A stretch of DNA of 64,000 nucleotides from the NCBI GenBank assembly GCA_910583995.1, contig CAJTYW010000003.1, forward strand, positions 80,492 to 144,491, in the 5' to 3' direction. Source of the DNA: an uncultured Christensenella sp. (lineage in GTDB: Bacteria > Bacillota > Clostridia > Christensenellales > UBA3700). Both the position numbers and the translations under genes were made by a program. This document shows, piece by piece, positions 37,986-48,200 of the stretch. How positions within the stretch are numbered: position 1 is the first letter of the stretch; each line of letters begins with the position of its first letter. Under the pieces are notes generated by a model, which saw nothing but the letters and a program-made list of their open reading frames with translations, was not told where the DNA came from and did no database searches.

Positions 37986-39119
37986 ATGCTTTACACACAA
38001 TTTGAAGATAATTTTGCTAAATGTAAAAATGTAAGAATTGAAAATAATATTGCCGAAGAAGTATTATCCGACATAAAAAAATTGACTAAAGCCGGAGTGA
38101 TTAATGTCATTTATACTGAAAATAAAATTGACCTTGCAAGTGAAATTGAAGTATTATTAAATCGTGCAGGATACATTGCAAAAATAACTTTATTAAGTAA
38201 TGATATTTTTGTGGACGAACTGCAAGATAATTGCGAAGGAATAGTATTATTGGGTAGTAGTTTATCAAAATTGATTTGCGGAAATAAATGCTTGATTGTA
38301 GCAGACGAATTGCATTTGTTTGAAATTTTACATAAAGATTATTATTCCGTCATTGTGGACGAAAAAACTATAAAAAACAGCAGTGCAGGCGAACTTGCAG
38401 GTGGTTACGGAATTTTAATGGCGAAGCTAATTGCTTGCTTTGATTATAAGCTTTCTTGTATCGCTTATAGCAAAAATGATAATTTGAGCATAATATCTGA
38501 GATTGAAGAAGTAATAATAAGTATGTTTTTAAAGACATATACTTTTAATTTTGATGAAAGTTTTTCAAGAGATTTAGCTATGACTATTATAAGTGTAGGA
38601 ATGCTTGAGAGTATGCTTAATAAAATAGATATACTTAGCGGCTATGACATTTGCAGTTTGCTTGTCAAAAAAGTGAGCAAAAGCAATAATGGAAAAAATG
38701 AATTTGCTATGCTAGTTGGTTGGTATATTTTAAATGTTGTAAAAAGCCTTATCAAAAATGAGTCAAAAGATTTGTTTTTGCCTAGCGATATTATTGCTGA
38801 CTTGGAGTTTGTAAGCGGTAAGGCGGAAATTAGTAAATTGCAATTGCTTAATTTGATTGATAATATTGTGGCAAGTGAGTATACAAGATTATTGTTTATA
38901 AGCTTTGAGTATAAAAACGAGATAGAAAAAAGTATTAATAAAATATATACGCCTTGTCAAAACGCAATAAAAAATTTCAGACGCATATATTACGATGCGG
39001 GACTAGAGATAGCAGCAAGTATAACTATGAAAGACTTGTCCGAATGTGTGCTAAGAAGCGTAATATTTAATCCGCAATATAGCTTTTTAAAAATGTACAG
39101 GATACTGGGTATAGCCTAA
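37986..39119 (+). CDS. Hypothetical protein
   Basis: 377-aa ORF with RBS GGGGGTG. No family recognised. Confidence 0.55.
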   Translation: MLYTQFEDNFAKCKNVRIENNIAEEVLSDIKKLTKAGVINVIYTENKIDLASEIEVLLNRAGYIAKITLLSNDIFVDELQDNCEGIVLLGSSLSKLICGNKCLIVADELHLFEILHKDYYSVIVDEKTIKNSSAGELAGGYGILMAKLIACFDYKLSCIAYSKNDNLSIISEIEEVIISMFLKTYTFNFDESFSRDLAMTIISVGMLESMLNKIDILSGYDICSLLVKKVSKSNNGKNEFAMLVGWYILNVVKSLIKNESKDLFLPSDIIADLEFVSGKAEISKLQLLNLIDNIVASEYTRLLFISFEYKNEIEKSINKIYTPCQNAIKNFRRIYYDAGLEIAASITMKDLSECVLRSVIFNPQYSFLKMYRILGIA

Positions 39120-39150
39120 AAGCCACTAATTAGTGGCTTTTATTTTTTTT
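39118..39150. terminator. Bidirectional terminator
   Basis: Stem AAAAGCCACTA / TAGTGGCTTTT followed by a T-run. Confidence 0.85.
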
Positions 39151-39153
39151 ATA

Positions 39154-39933
39154 TTATTTGTTTTTAACTTCAAATATTTCGTATTTGCCTGTATACTTTT
39201 GAGACCTGCCCCTTATTACGCTTATTATTGCAAGCAGTATATTTACAGAGCCTAAAATTATATAATAAGTTTTAAAAGGTATTAAAAAACTGAAAGCAAA
39301 CAAAACAATTGCTACAAACAAAAATTTTTTGATATTGGATTTGTCAAATATAATATCAAATATATTTGTGCTGTAATTTAATTTTCCAATTTTAATACTT
39401 AGTTTGTCAGATAGTAATTTTTGTGATTTTAGCAATTTAAATACGATTTTCAGCGGGATAAACTTTAAATTGTCAGCAAAATTAAATAAAGTTATTGCAG
39501 CGTTTTTAGGTAGTTCCTTTGCAATAAGATAGCATTTTTCCACCCCGCATTGTTTTGCGATTTTGCTATATTTCAAAATTTCGTCAGGTGACAAATTTCC
39601 GAATTTTGCCGAGCATACAATCATAATATTAAGCGGTGAAATCAAATAATCATTTGCTTTTTTAAATTCCATATTTTCAAACACTATCATTAATTTATCG
39701 TATATGTAGTTTGCACCTTGCACACTGACATAAAGCTCAAAATTTTTATAGTTTATTCTTTTGCTGTTTATTTTTTGAATAAATGAAATAACAATCAATC
39801 CTAACAAAGCAAATAGCGCTGCTAGGATAGTTTTTATTGCCACATTTTGTGATATGAAATGACATATCAAATAAAATGGAATGAATAAACAAATAAAAGT
39901 CAGTAATCTGTCAATGTGTTTTTTTAATTTCAT
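39154..39933 (-). CDS. Hypothetical membrane protein (2 N-terminal and 2 C-terminal TM segments around a soluble domain)
   Basis: ORF plus hydrophobicity pattern only. Confidence 0.55.
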   Translation of the reverse strand: MKLKKHIDRLLTFICLFIPFYLICHFISQNVAIKTILAALFALLGLIVISFIQKINSKRINYKNFELYVSVQGANYIYDKLMIVFENMEFKKANDYLISPLNIMIVCSAKFGNLSPDEILKYSKIAKQCGVEKCYLIAKELPKNAAITLFNFADNLKFIPLKIVFKLLKSQKLLSDKLSIKIGKLNYSTNIFDIIFDKSNIKKFLFVAIVLFAFSFLIPFKTYYIILGSVNILLAIISVIRGRSQKYTGKYEIFEVKNK

Positions 39934-40060
39934 AAAGTTATTATTGACACTATTAATTTAATTTATTATACTTTTTATATTAATTAAAAAATAAATCGGA
40001 TTTATTTGTAAAAAGTAAAAATATATTGCTAATTATATAAAAATAATGTATAATAGGAAT

Positions 40061-41188
40061 ATGAGTGAATTTATCGGAATTTATGGTGGTGCTTTTGACC
40101 CGCCGCATATCTCTCACATACAAACTGCAAAAGCATTGCTACTTGAGAGAAAGTATGACAAATTAATATTGCTACCAAGCCATAATCCACCGCATAAAAT
40201 GCTATCTGCAACTGATGCGGACAGACTTAATATGCTAAAGTTTGTAACAGACAATAAAATTATACTTTCCGATTTGGAAATTAAGCGTGACGGAGTGGGC
40301 TATACTGTAGATATACTTCCTGAACTTATTAAACAATACGGGGATAATATAGAGTTTATAATTGGTGGAGATAGTTTTTTAAATTTTGATAAATGGTACA
40401 AGCCATTAGAAATTTTGAAATTGGTAAAAATTTTGGTTGTCGCACGAGATGGTGAAGTTGAAAAATTGCAGGATAAACTAAAAGAATATGATAATATTCC
40501 TAAACTTGGCATTACTATTGCAAAATATCTGCCAAAAAGTATGTCGTCAAGTGAGATAAGGAACAAATTGCGTTTGCATATTGTAACTTGCGATTTGTTG
40601 GATAAAAAAGTAATATACTATATTAATAAGCACAATTTATATAATGAATATGACAGCTTGGTTAAAAAATTGAAATCGCAGCTGAGTGAAGAAAGGTTTT
40701 TGCATACTCAAGGAGTAGTGCTTTATGCCTTAAAGTATGCTGATAAGCTAAAACTTGACTATAATAAAGTGTTTATTGCAAGTCTTTTGCACGACTCTGC
40801 AAAAACTGGCCTAAATTATGATTATATATATAATAAAAATTTAGTGCCGATAGATAGCAAAAACACACCTGTTGCTCACGCATTTTGCGGTGCGGTTGTT
40901 GCTAAGTTAGAGTATGGTATAGAGAACAAAGAAATTCTTGATGCAATATATTGTCATACAACGGCAAAGCCAAATATGTCACAGCTTGCAAAGCTTATTT
41001 ATTGTGCGGATATGCTTGAAGAAGGACGAAATTTTGACGGAGTAGAAAAGCTGAGAGAGATTTTTGATAAAGATTTTGAACAAGGTTTTGTAGCTTGTCT
41101 AAAACAAACGGTAGAGTTTTTAAAAAGCGGAAATAAGGAAATTTATCATTTAACGCTAGATGCGTACGAATTTTACAACAAAGCCTAA
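40061..41188 (+). CDS. nadD: Fusion protein: nicotinate-nucleotide adenylyltransferase (NadD) plus HD-domain YqeK (Ap4A hydrolase family)
   Basis: N-terminal IGIYGGAFDPPHISH...SSSEIR. C-terminal half HTQGVV...LLHDSAK...HAFCGAVVA...CHTTAKPNMSQLAKLIYCADMLEEGR. Confidence 0.85.
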   Translation: MSEFIGIYGGAFDPPHISHIQTAKALLLERKYDKLILLPSHNPPHKMLSATDADRLNMLKFVTDNKIILSDLEIKRDGVGYTVDILPELIKQYGDNIEFIIGGDSFLNFDKWYKPLEILKLVKILVVARDGEVEKLQDKLKEYDNIPKLGITIAKYLPKSMSSSEIRNKLRLHIVTCDLLDKKVIYYINKHNLYNEYDSLVKKLKSQLSEERFLHTQGVVLYALKYADKLKLDYNKVFIASLLHDSAKTGLNYDYIYNKNLVPIDSKNTPVAHAFCGAVVAKLEYGIENKEILDAIYCHTTAKPNMSQLAKLIYCADMLEEGRNFDGVEKLREIFDKDFEQGFVACLKQTVEFLKSGNKEIYHLTLDAYEFYNKA

Positions 41189-41223
41189 ATGGTAATAAAA
41201 TTAAAGTAATTTAAGGAGAAAAT

Positions 41224-41583
41224 ATGGAATATACAGCAGAACAAATTAAAGATTTAGTAGTTGAAGCTTGCCTTGATAAAAAAGCAAAAGATATAGTGGT
41301 TATAAAGGTTGACCACTTGACAGTAATTGCAGATTATTTAGTTGTTGCAAGTGGTAAGTCAACATCTCAAGTAAAGGCGATAGCAAACAATATTGATGAC
41401 CATTTATCAAAAGCAGGTGTAGAGCCTATCGGAAGAGAAGGTATACCTGAAGGAAGATGGGCAGTTGTGGATTATGGTGTTGTACTTGCACACGTGTTTA
41501 ATGAAGAAAGTAGAAAGTTATATCTATTAGACCAACTTTGGAGTGACGGCAGTAATGTCACTATGATAGAAAACAAAGACTGA
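41224..41583 (+). CDS. rsfS: Ribosome silencing factor RsfS
   Basis: KKAKDIVVIKV...ADYLVVASGKSTSQVKAIANNI...W.VVDYG.V..HVF. Confidence 0.9.
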   Translation: MEYTAEQIKDLVVEACLDKKAKDIVVIKVDHLTVIADYLVVASGKSTSQVKAIANNIDDHLSKAGVEPIGREGIPEGRWAVVDYGVVLAHVFNEESRKLYLLDQLWSDGSNVTMIENKD

Positions 41584-41603
41584 CATTTTGCATTTATGCC
41601 GCC

Positions 41604-42029
41604 TTGCATAATTTGGTAAACTTTGCTAATAATAATTGTATGAACAATTATATTATGTATGAAAATGTAGCAAATGTTTCTAATATTTCAGGCTATGAAA
41701 AAGATTATAACTATTTAATAGTTAATGACGCAAAACAATATGATTTTGTGCAAGTTGTGCTTAGTGTAGGCAAAATCAGACAAGCAGTTTGTTATGAACT
41801 AAAAACTGGAGAAGTTTTGGTTGGGGCACTTACAGAGCCATTATTTTCACTTTCGGAAAGACTTATTCTAATGCAGGATATAGAGAAAAAAGTGAATGAA
41901 ATTACAGGTAAAAAGGTGTATGTAACCTTTGATACAGACTTGTTTGTAGCCATAAGTAAATGTAAAGACGATGAAAAGGCCGGTAAGCTAAAAGAGTTAA
42001 TTTTTATGCGAAATAGTGCTAGAATGTAA
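41604..42029 (+). CDS. Hypothetical protein (start uncertain)
   Basis: ORF with a TTG tracked start. No RBS or family recognised. Confidence 0.4.
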   Translation: MHNLVNFANNNCMNNYIMYENVANVSNISGYEKDYNYLIVNDAKQYDFVQVVLSVGKIRQAVCYELKTGEVLVGALTEPLFSLSERLILMQDIEKKVNEITGKKVYVTFDTDLFVAISKCKDDEKAGKLKELIFMRNSARM

Positions 42030-42105
42030 AATGTGTTAAAAATGTCTTGCCTTTTGTATAGTTTTATGTTATAATTATGTAAATCAATTAGGAGAGGGTT
42101 TAAAA

Positions 42106-42789
42106 ATGAAATATTCAATTTACGCTGTAGATGATGATGAAAGCATTAGAGACTTATACAAGTACACTTTTGAACCTTTAGGTTATGAGTGTCGAACCTT
42201 TCATTCAGCAGAAGAGTTGTTTGTCGCATTGGAGAAGAATTTACCTAATGTTTTATTAATGGATGTTATGTTACCGGGTATGGACGGTATTTCGGCTGTT
42301 AAAATTCTTCGTGAACAGTATCAGACTCTTTCAATAATCATTGTAAGTAGCAAAAGTGATGAAATCAGTAAAGTACGTGGTCTGGACTCTGGTGCAGATG
42401 ACTACATAGCAAAACCATTTGGTGTGCTTGAGCTTGTAGCAAGGGTAAAAGTCAGTATTCGTAAGCAAAATTTTGCAAAAGAAGAATCAACTGTTTTTGA
42501 ATATGGCGATATACTTTTGAACAATGACGAGCATATTGTAACTGTCAATGGTAATGTCGTAAAAATGACTTTGAAAGAATTTAACTTATTAAAACTTTTA
42601 ATGTCAAAAGCAGGCAATGTCGTACCTAGGGAATCAATCCTTAACGATGTTTGGGGCTTTGAGTATTATGGTAAAACTCGTACTTTGGATATGCACGTTA
42701 AGTCTTTAAGAAGTAAGCTGTCAGAGTTTAGTAATAAAGAATATATCCAAACTATAAGAGGTGTGGGATATAAGTTTATCAATCAATAA
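42106..42789 (+). CDS. OmpR-family response regulator (no adjacent histidine kinase)
   Basis: Receiver domain DDDESIRDLY...LMDVMLPGMDG...KPF, winged-helix C-terminus LTLKEFNLLKLL...IQTIRGVGYKF. Confidence 0.9.
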   Translation: MKYSIYAVDDDESIRDLYKYTFEPLGYECRTFHSAEELFVALEKNLPNVLLMDVMLPGMDGISAVKILREQYQTLSIIIVSSKSDEISKVRGLDSGADDYIAKPFGVLELVARVKVSIRKQNFAKEESTVFEYGDILLNNDEHIVTVNGNVVKMTLKEFNLLKLLMSKAGNVVPRESILNDVWGFEYYGKTRTLDMHVKSLRSKLSEFSNKEYIQTIRGVGYKFINQ

Positions 42790-42802
42790 TTATTAAAATT
42801 AA

Positions 42803-42833
42803 AATATTCCCTTGAGTACGGGAATATTTTTTT
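42803..42833 (+). terminator. Intrinsic terminator after the response regulator gene
   Basis: Stem AATATTCCC / GGGAATATT followed by a T-run. Confidence 0.8.
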
Positions 42834-42993
42834 GCTTAAATTAATTTTAAATTTATTATTATATCTAAGTTTAAAATTATGTAGTCAATATATGTTTAAT
42901 TGTATCGTTTTAAATATTATGAAATTTATTAAAGCTGCATTTAACAAAATTGCTTCAAAAATCGATACTATTTTAATGTGTGAATAGTATTAC

Positions 42994-43022
42994 TTGACAT
43001 AAAAGCTAAATAATGATAAAAT
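42994..43022 (+). promoter_or_regulatory. Sigma-A promoter TTGACA-17-(TGa)TAAAAT for ygiQ
   Basis: Hexamers read directly. This argues against the tracked start at 43013. Confidence 0.6.
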
Positions 43023-43039
43023 TTATAAAAGGTAAATTT

Positions 43040-45043
43040 ATGGAATTTTTGGCAGTTAAAAAAGAAGAATTAAATGGTAGACAACCTGATTTTGTTTATG
43101 TGACGGGGGAAGCGTATTGCGACCACCCATCTTTTGGTACTGCAATAATCACCAGAATGCTTGAGCATTTAGGCTTTTTGGTTGCAATAATTCCACAGCC
43201 GCAAAAAGATATTGATTATCTTGAATTCGGTACTCCAAAATACGGCTTTTTTGTGTCCAGCGGTGTTGTTGATAGTATGGTCAATAATTACACAGTTGCA
43301 AAAATTAAAAGAACGCGTGATGTTTATAGCGAAGGCGGAGATATTGGAAAAAGACCAGATAGAGCTGTTTGTGTTTATACAAAAACTTTAAAAAGACTGT
43401 TTCCAAATGTACCTGTCGTGATTGGTGGTATTGAAGCGTCATTGAGAAGATTTGCACATTATGACTATTGGGCGGATAAAGTTTTGCCTAGTATATTAGT
43501 TGATAGCAATGCGGATTTACTTATTTACGGAATGGGTGAAACACCTATTTTAGATATTGCAAAAAATATAAAAAAAGGCGTACCACTAGATAAAATGAGA
43601 GATATTGAAGGGGTATGCTATTTAGAAAATTACGAAAAATTATCAAAAAAATTAAAAACGCAGATTGAAGAACATTCAGCTATTTTCTGTCCAAGTTTTG
43701 AAGAAGTTGTGGAAAATAAAAAGTCGTATGTTAAAGCATTTAATATGCAATCACAAAACAATGACCATATAACTGCAAAAATTTTGTTGCAAAAACAGCC
43801 TGACGGCAGATATCTTGTGCAAAATATCCCGCAAAGGTCTGCAACTGTTGAAGAAATGGATATGGTTTATTCTCTTCCTTATGCACGCAATTATCACCCA
43901 ATGTATACACGGGGAGTACCTGCAATTGAAGAAGTAAAATATTCTATTACTTCTCAAAGGGGGTGTTTTGGCGGTTGTAGTTATTGTGCAATTACATATC
44001 ACCAAGGCAGAACTATTCAAAAAAGAAGTAAAGAGTCTATTATTAGAGAAGTAAAAATTTTTACTGCTGATAAAGATTTTAAAGGTTATGTACACGATGT
44101 TGGTGGTCCTACCGCTAATTTTAGAAATGTATCTTGCAAAAGCCAAAAGAAAAATGGCGTTTGTTTAAAGAAAAATTGTATTGGTTACAAACCTTGTGCA
44201 AATTTGGAAGTTTCACATACTGAATATCTTGATTTGCTTAGAGAGTTAAGGGAGCTTGAAGGAGTTAAAAAAGTATTTATCCGCAGTGGTATAAGATACG
44301 ACTATTTGATGATGGATAGCGATGATGCTTTTATGACGGAATTAATCAAGCACCACATTAGCGGACAACTAAAAGTTGCTCCCGAACATACAGAAGATAG
44401 TGTGTTAAAACTTATGAATAAACCACCTTTCCGAGTTTATAGGGAGTTTAAGGCTAAGTTTGATAAAATCAATCAAAGTCTTGGTAAAAAGCAGTATTTA
44501 GTGCCTTATCTTATCTCATCTCACCCAGGTTGCACCTTAAAAGATGCAGTAAGACTTGCAGAATATTTAAAAAGTATAAATTATATGCCTGAGCAGGTAC
44601 AAGATTTTTATCCTACACCATCTACAAAATCAACTTGTATGTATTATACAGGTTTAAACCCCGATACTTTGGAAGAGATTTTTGTGCCAAAAACTAAAGA
44701 AGAGAAGAAAATGCAAAGAGCATTGCTACAATATCGTAAAAAAGAGAATTACGATATAGTACACAAAGCTTTGGAACTTGCAGGAAGAAAAGACTTGATT
44801 GGCTTTGGCTTAAATTGTTTGATAAAACCGACTAAGGAAGAAGCTATAAACAATAGTTTAACAACAAACAATAAAAAGCAGGGTAATGTTACAAATAGTA
44901 ATAGTAAAAATAAAATCGACTTTTCTAAAAACAATAAATCAAGCAATAAAGCGGGTGGATATAATAAAAACAAACCCGATTTTAATAAAACAAGTAATAA
45001 AGGCAAAAAAACAAGCGGGCATAAGACTTCTAAAAACAGATAA
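43040..45043 (+). CDS. ygiQ: YgiQ-family radical SAM protein (UPF0313) with K/N-rich basic tail
   Basis: VYVTGEAYCDHPSFG N-terminus, radical SAM CFGGCSYCAI. Confidence 0.85.
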   Translation: MEFLAVKKEELNGRQPDFVYVTGEAYCDHPSFGTAIITRMLEHLGFLVAIIPQPQKDIDYLEFGTPKYGFFVSSGVVDSMVNNYTVAKIKRTRDVYSEGGDIGKRPDRAVCVYTKTLKRLFPNVPVVIGGIEASLRRFAHYDYWADKVLPSILVDSNADLLIYGMGETPILDIAKNIKKGVPLDKMRDIEGVCYLENYEKLSKKLKTQIEEHSAIFCPSFEEVVENKKSYVKAFNMQSQNNDHITAKILLQKQPDGRYLVQNIPQRSATVEEMDMVYSLPYARNYHPMYTRGVPAIEEVKYSITSQRGCFGGCSYCAITYHQGRTIQKRSKESIIREVKIFTADKDFKGYVHDVGGPTANFRNVSCKSQKKNGVCLKKNCIGYKPCANLEVSHTEYLDLLRELRELEGVKKVFIRSGIRYDYLMMDSDDAFMTELIKHHISGQLKVAPEHTEDSVLKLMNKPPFRVYREFKAKFDKINQSLGKKQYLVPYLISSHPGCTLKDAVRLAEYLKSINYMPEQVQDFYPTPSTKSTCMYYTGLNPDTLEEIFVPKTKEEKKMQRALLQYRKKENYDIVHKALELAGRKDLIGFGLNCLIKPTKEEAINNSLTTNNKKQGNVTNSNSKNKIDFSKNNKSSNKAGGYNKNKPDFNKTSNKGKKTSGHKTSKNR

Positions 45044-45062
45044 TCAAAACCAATAAAGCAAA

Positions 45063-45092
45063 AAATAAGCAGTTTTCACTGCTTATTTTTTT
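45063..45092 (+). terminator. Intrinsic terminator after ygiQ
   Basis: Stem ATAAGCAGT / ACTGCTTAT followed by a T-run. Confidence 0.8.
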
Positions 45093-45241
45093 ATAAAATA
45101 TTGCTATCTATAAATTGTTTTTTATTAAATTAATAAATTATGATTAAAGAGCGTTATTTATAATATACTAAATAAAATATATATTAATGTTTAAATTTAA
45201 AATAATAAATTTTTAAAAGATTTTATCTAATTTAGATAAAC

Positions 45242-45273
45242 AAAAAACTTCTGATTTTACTCAGAAGTTTTTT
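45242..45273. terminator. Bidirectional terminator downstream of the 1239-aa gene
   Basis: Stem AACTTCTGA / TCAGAAGTT flanked by A- and T-runs. Confidence 0.8.
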
Positions 45274-45293
45274 GTTATTCGGAATATTTTTTA

Positions 45294-48200
45294 TTAATCC
45301 TGGTGTTTTTGGTTAATGTCACGTTTTTGTGCATTAGCCTTGTTGTAGTCGACTCTGTTTCTATTATAAGTTTCTGTGCCTTTTTCGTTAAAGTTGCCTT
45401 TTCTTGAGAATTTATCAAATACATTGAATTTCTTAAGTGCAAATATTACAACAACGATTATTAGTAGTAGACCGATTATACCAGTAGTGATATAAAGCCA
45501 TAGTAATGGGTCAAGGTCTTTTACTTTTTCTTCTTCAGGGTCTTTATTCAAGTCGTCTTCAGTAAATACTATTCTGTGTTTGTATTCAGTAACAGTTTTA
45601 TCAAACTCAAATTTGCTTTCGTCGTCGCCGCTAGCAGGGTATTTATCTTCAGGTACTTGTTCGTTAAATCTATCTTCTGTAATTTCGCTTATAGCTACGT
45701 TATCTACAAATAGGTAACCAGAAACATAATTATCTTCACCTGAAGTACCAAGAGAAACACTTAATTCAACATTGTCAATATCTGCATTATCTTGAGTTGC
45801 AACGAAGAATGAATATTTTTTCCAAGCTCCGTTAGTATTTACTTTAATACCTCTTGCATCGTTACTAGAGAACTCGTAAGTTGAATTGTGAAGTTTCAAT
45901 TGAATTGTAGCATTTTTATCTTGTATTTCGTAAGTTAATACATACAAGCTAATTTCATAATACTTGTTTTCTGTCAAGCTGTTTTCAGCAAGAGTAGTAG
46001 TATAAGTGTATTCTGATTTAGCATTGTTGTGAATTACTAATACATTGCTGTTGCTAGAACCTTCAATACTTTCTTGATAATTAGTGAAGTTGAAGTGTGG
46101 AGCAGTGTTCATAATTTCAAGAATCTTATCAAAGTCTATACCTTTGTTAGTCTTGCCTTCTTCATATTCTCCACCAAACCAACCAGAACTGCTGTGGTCA
46201 CGATTGAATACACCTGCAATAGATTTGCCTTCGCCGTCTGGAGCATCTGTATCAGCGTGTGAACCTGTCCAACCATCTGGAGTATCTAGTTTCTTATCGT
46301 CACTATTATCTGTAGAGTTGTCAAAAGTTGTAGTGCTAAATGTAGTTGCAATTTCAGTTTTTTCATTTAAGTTTTTAATTAATTTTTCGTACAAGTCTTT
46401 GTTTGTGATTTCGTTAAATGAAGGTCTGTCAAAGAAGACTGTTCCGCTTGAAATTGAATCTTGATTATCACCAAGTTTTAGTTGAAGATAAACTGTTGAG
46501 TTGTCAAAACCTGCATTGATATAAAATTTATATTCATCCCAACCTGTAGTGTCAGCTGTTATTGTAAAGCTTTCAATATTTGTTTTTGAAGAAGATTGCA
46601 AGTTGATTGTTGCAGTAGTTCCTTCATACAAATAAGCCCAAACAGATAATTCGTAATATTTACCTTTTGACAAACTGATTGAAGGAGAAGTGAAGCCCCA
46701 AGGTTTATCAATTTGGCTCTCAAGTGCTTTTTGAGTGCTGATAACAAGTACATTATCATTGTTTTGAGCAACTTGTGAATTCCAGCCTGCCATAATGTCG
46801 TTTACTTTTAGCAAACCTTTTTGATAAGTGTTGTTAACATTATAAACTCCTGCATAAAGGTCTTTTAGATATTCTTTAGAAGAAGTAGTCCAACTTAATG
46901 GTAAACCGAAAGTAGCTTTAGTATTTTTGTCTAAGAAATCTTTCTCATCAAAATCGTCATATTCTGTTTTAGTAGCAGAAATATCAACTTGGTTGAACTC
47001 TGCATTTGAAATGTTAAGACTTTCTGATTTGAAAGAATGTTTTTTAACATAATCACCTGAAGATTCAGAGTTGTAATCAGAGTAGTTAACTTTGTACATT
47101 TCAAAATCTTTGATAGAAACTTTACCTTTTACAAGTGTGTCTGGGGTTAAGTTGCTACCGCTACCCATAACAATTTCGTAGTAAATTTCGCTTGTTTCTT
47201 TTAAATCACCTTGAATTAAAAATGCAAATTCTATATAACCATCGCTGTCAATATCGTCGTCTTCTAGTCCTTCAGAGTTGAACTCACTTATTTTGGTGAT
47301 TTCTGTATCTTTACCATCTCTTACTTTTTTGTAAAGGATAATTTCAACACCTTTATTTTCGTCAATTAATTCTGTTTTAACTTTGAATGATAATCTGTAG
47401 TGATTATTTGCTTCAATAGTTATAAGGTTTTTATATTTATATTTAGTAATACTAGGTTTTTTGTTTTCAAGTGTAATAACTTGATTGCTTGAAGTTAACT
47501 CACCACGATAACTATTTGGAATACCATCGTGTTTGTCATAGGTAGATTGTTCGTAGTTATTTGGATTTGTAATGATTGTGCTATCAAGCAAATTTTCGCC
47601 CAATGTAGATTCAAGATTTGCTTGGTAAGCTTCGTCAGCATTTTTATACTCATCTTCAGTGATAGTCTCTAAAGTAATTTCGTCAAAGAATGCTGCACCG
47701 ATTGCGTTATCGCTATGGTTTTTGCCACCTTTACCCAATCCTACTTGAACATAAATTTCTTTAGTTCTCTTTTGGTCACCTTGGATAAAGAAGGTAACTG
47801 CTTTCCATTCTCCGTCAGCTGAAACGATATTATCAATTGATTTGATTTGTTCGTTTTTATCTGTAGAAGTTTTTAGCATTACATAAGCACCATTTTGTTC
47901 AATATTTTTAGTTTGAACCCAAACAGTTAATTTGTAATAGTTTCCTGCAGAAATTTTTAATCTGTTATCAGACCTATATCCATAAGCAGTTGCCTTAATA
48001 TTGTTTAGCATTAAAAATTTGCTGTCATTGCCTTTTGGATTAACATTTTCAGCAATAGTAGGAATGCCTATAGCGTTTTTATCAATAACGCCGCGTACCA
48101 AATAGTCAGTACTTGATGGAGCAGTGTCACCATTTTCACCTGTGCTTGAAACACCTGTCCATTTACGAGCAGTGAATGGTTGTTCTGTACCACTAATATT

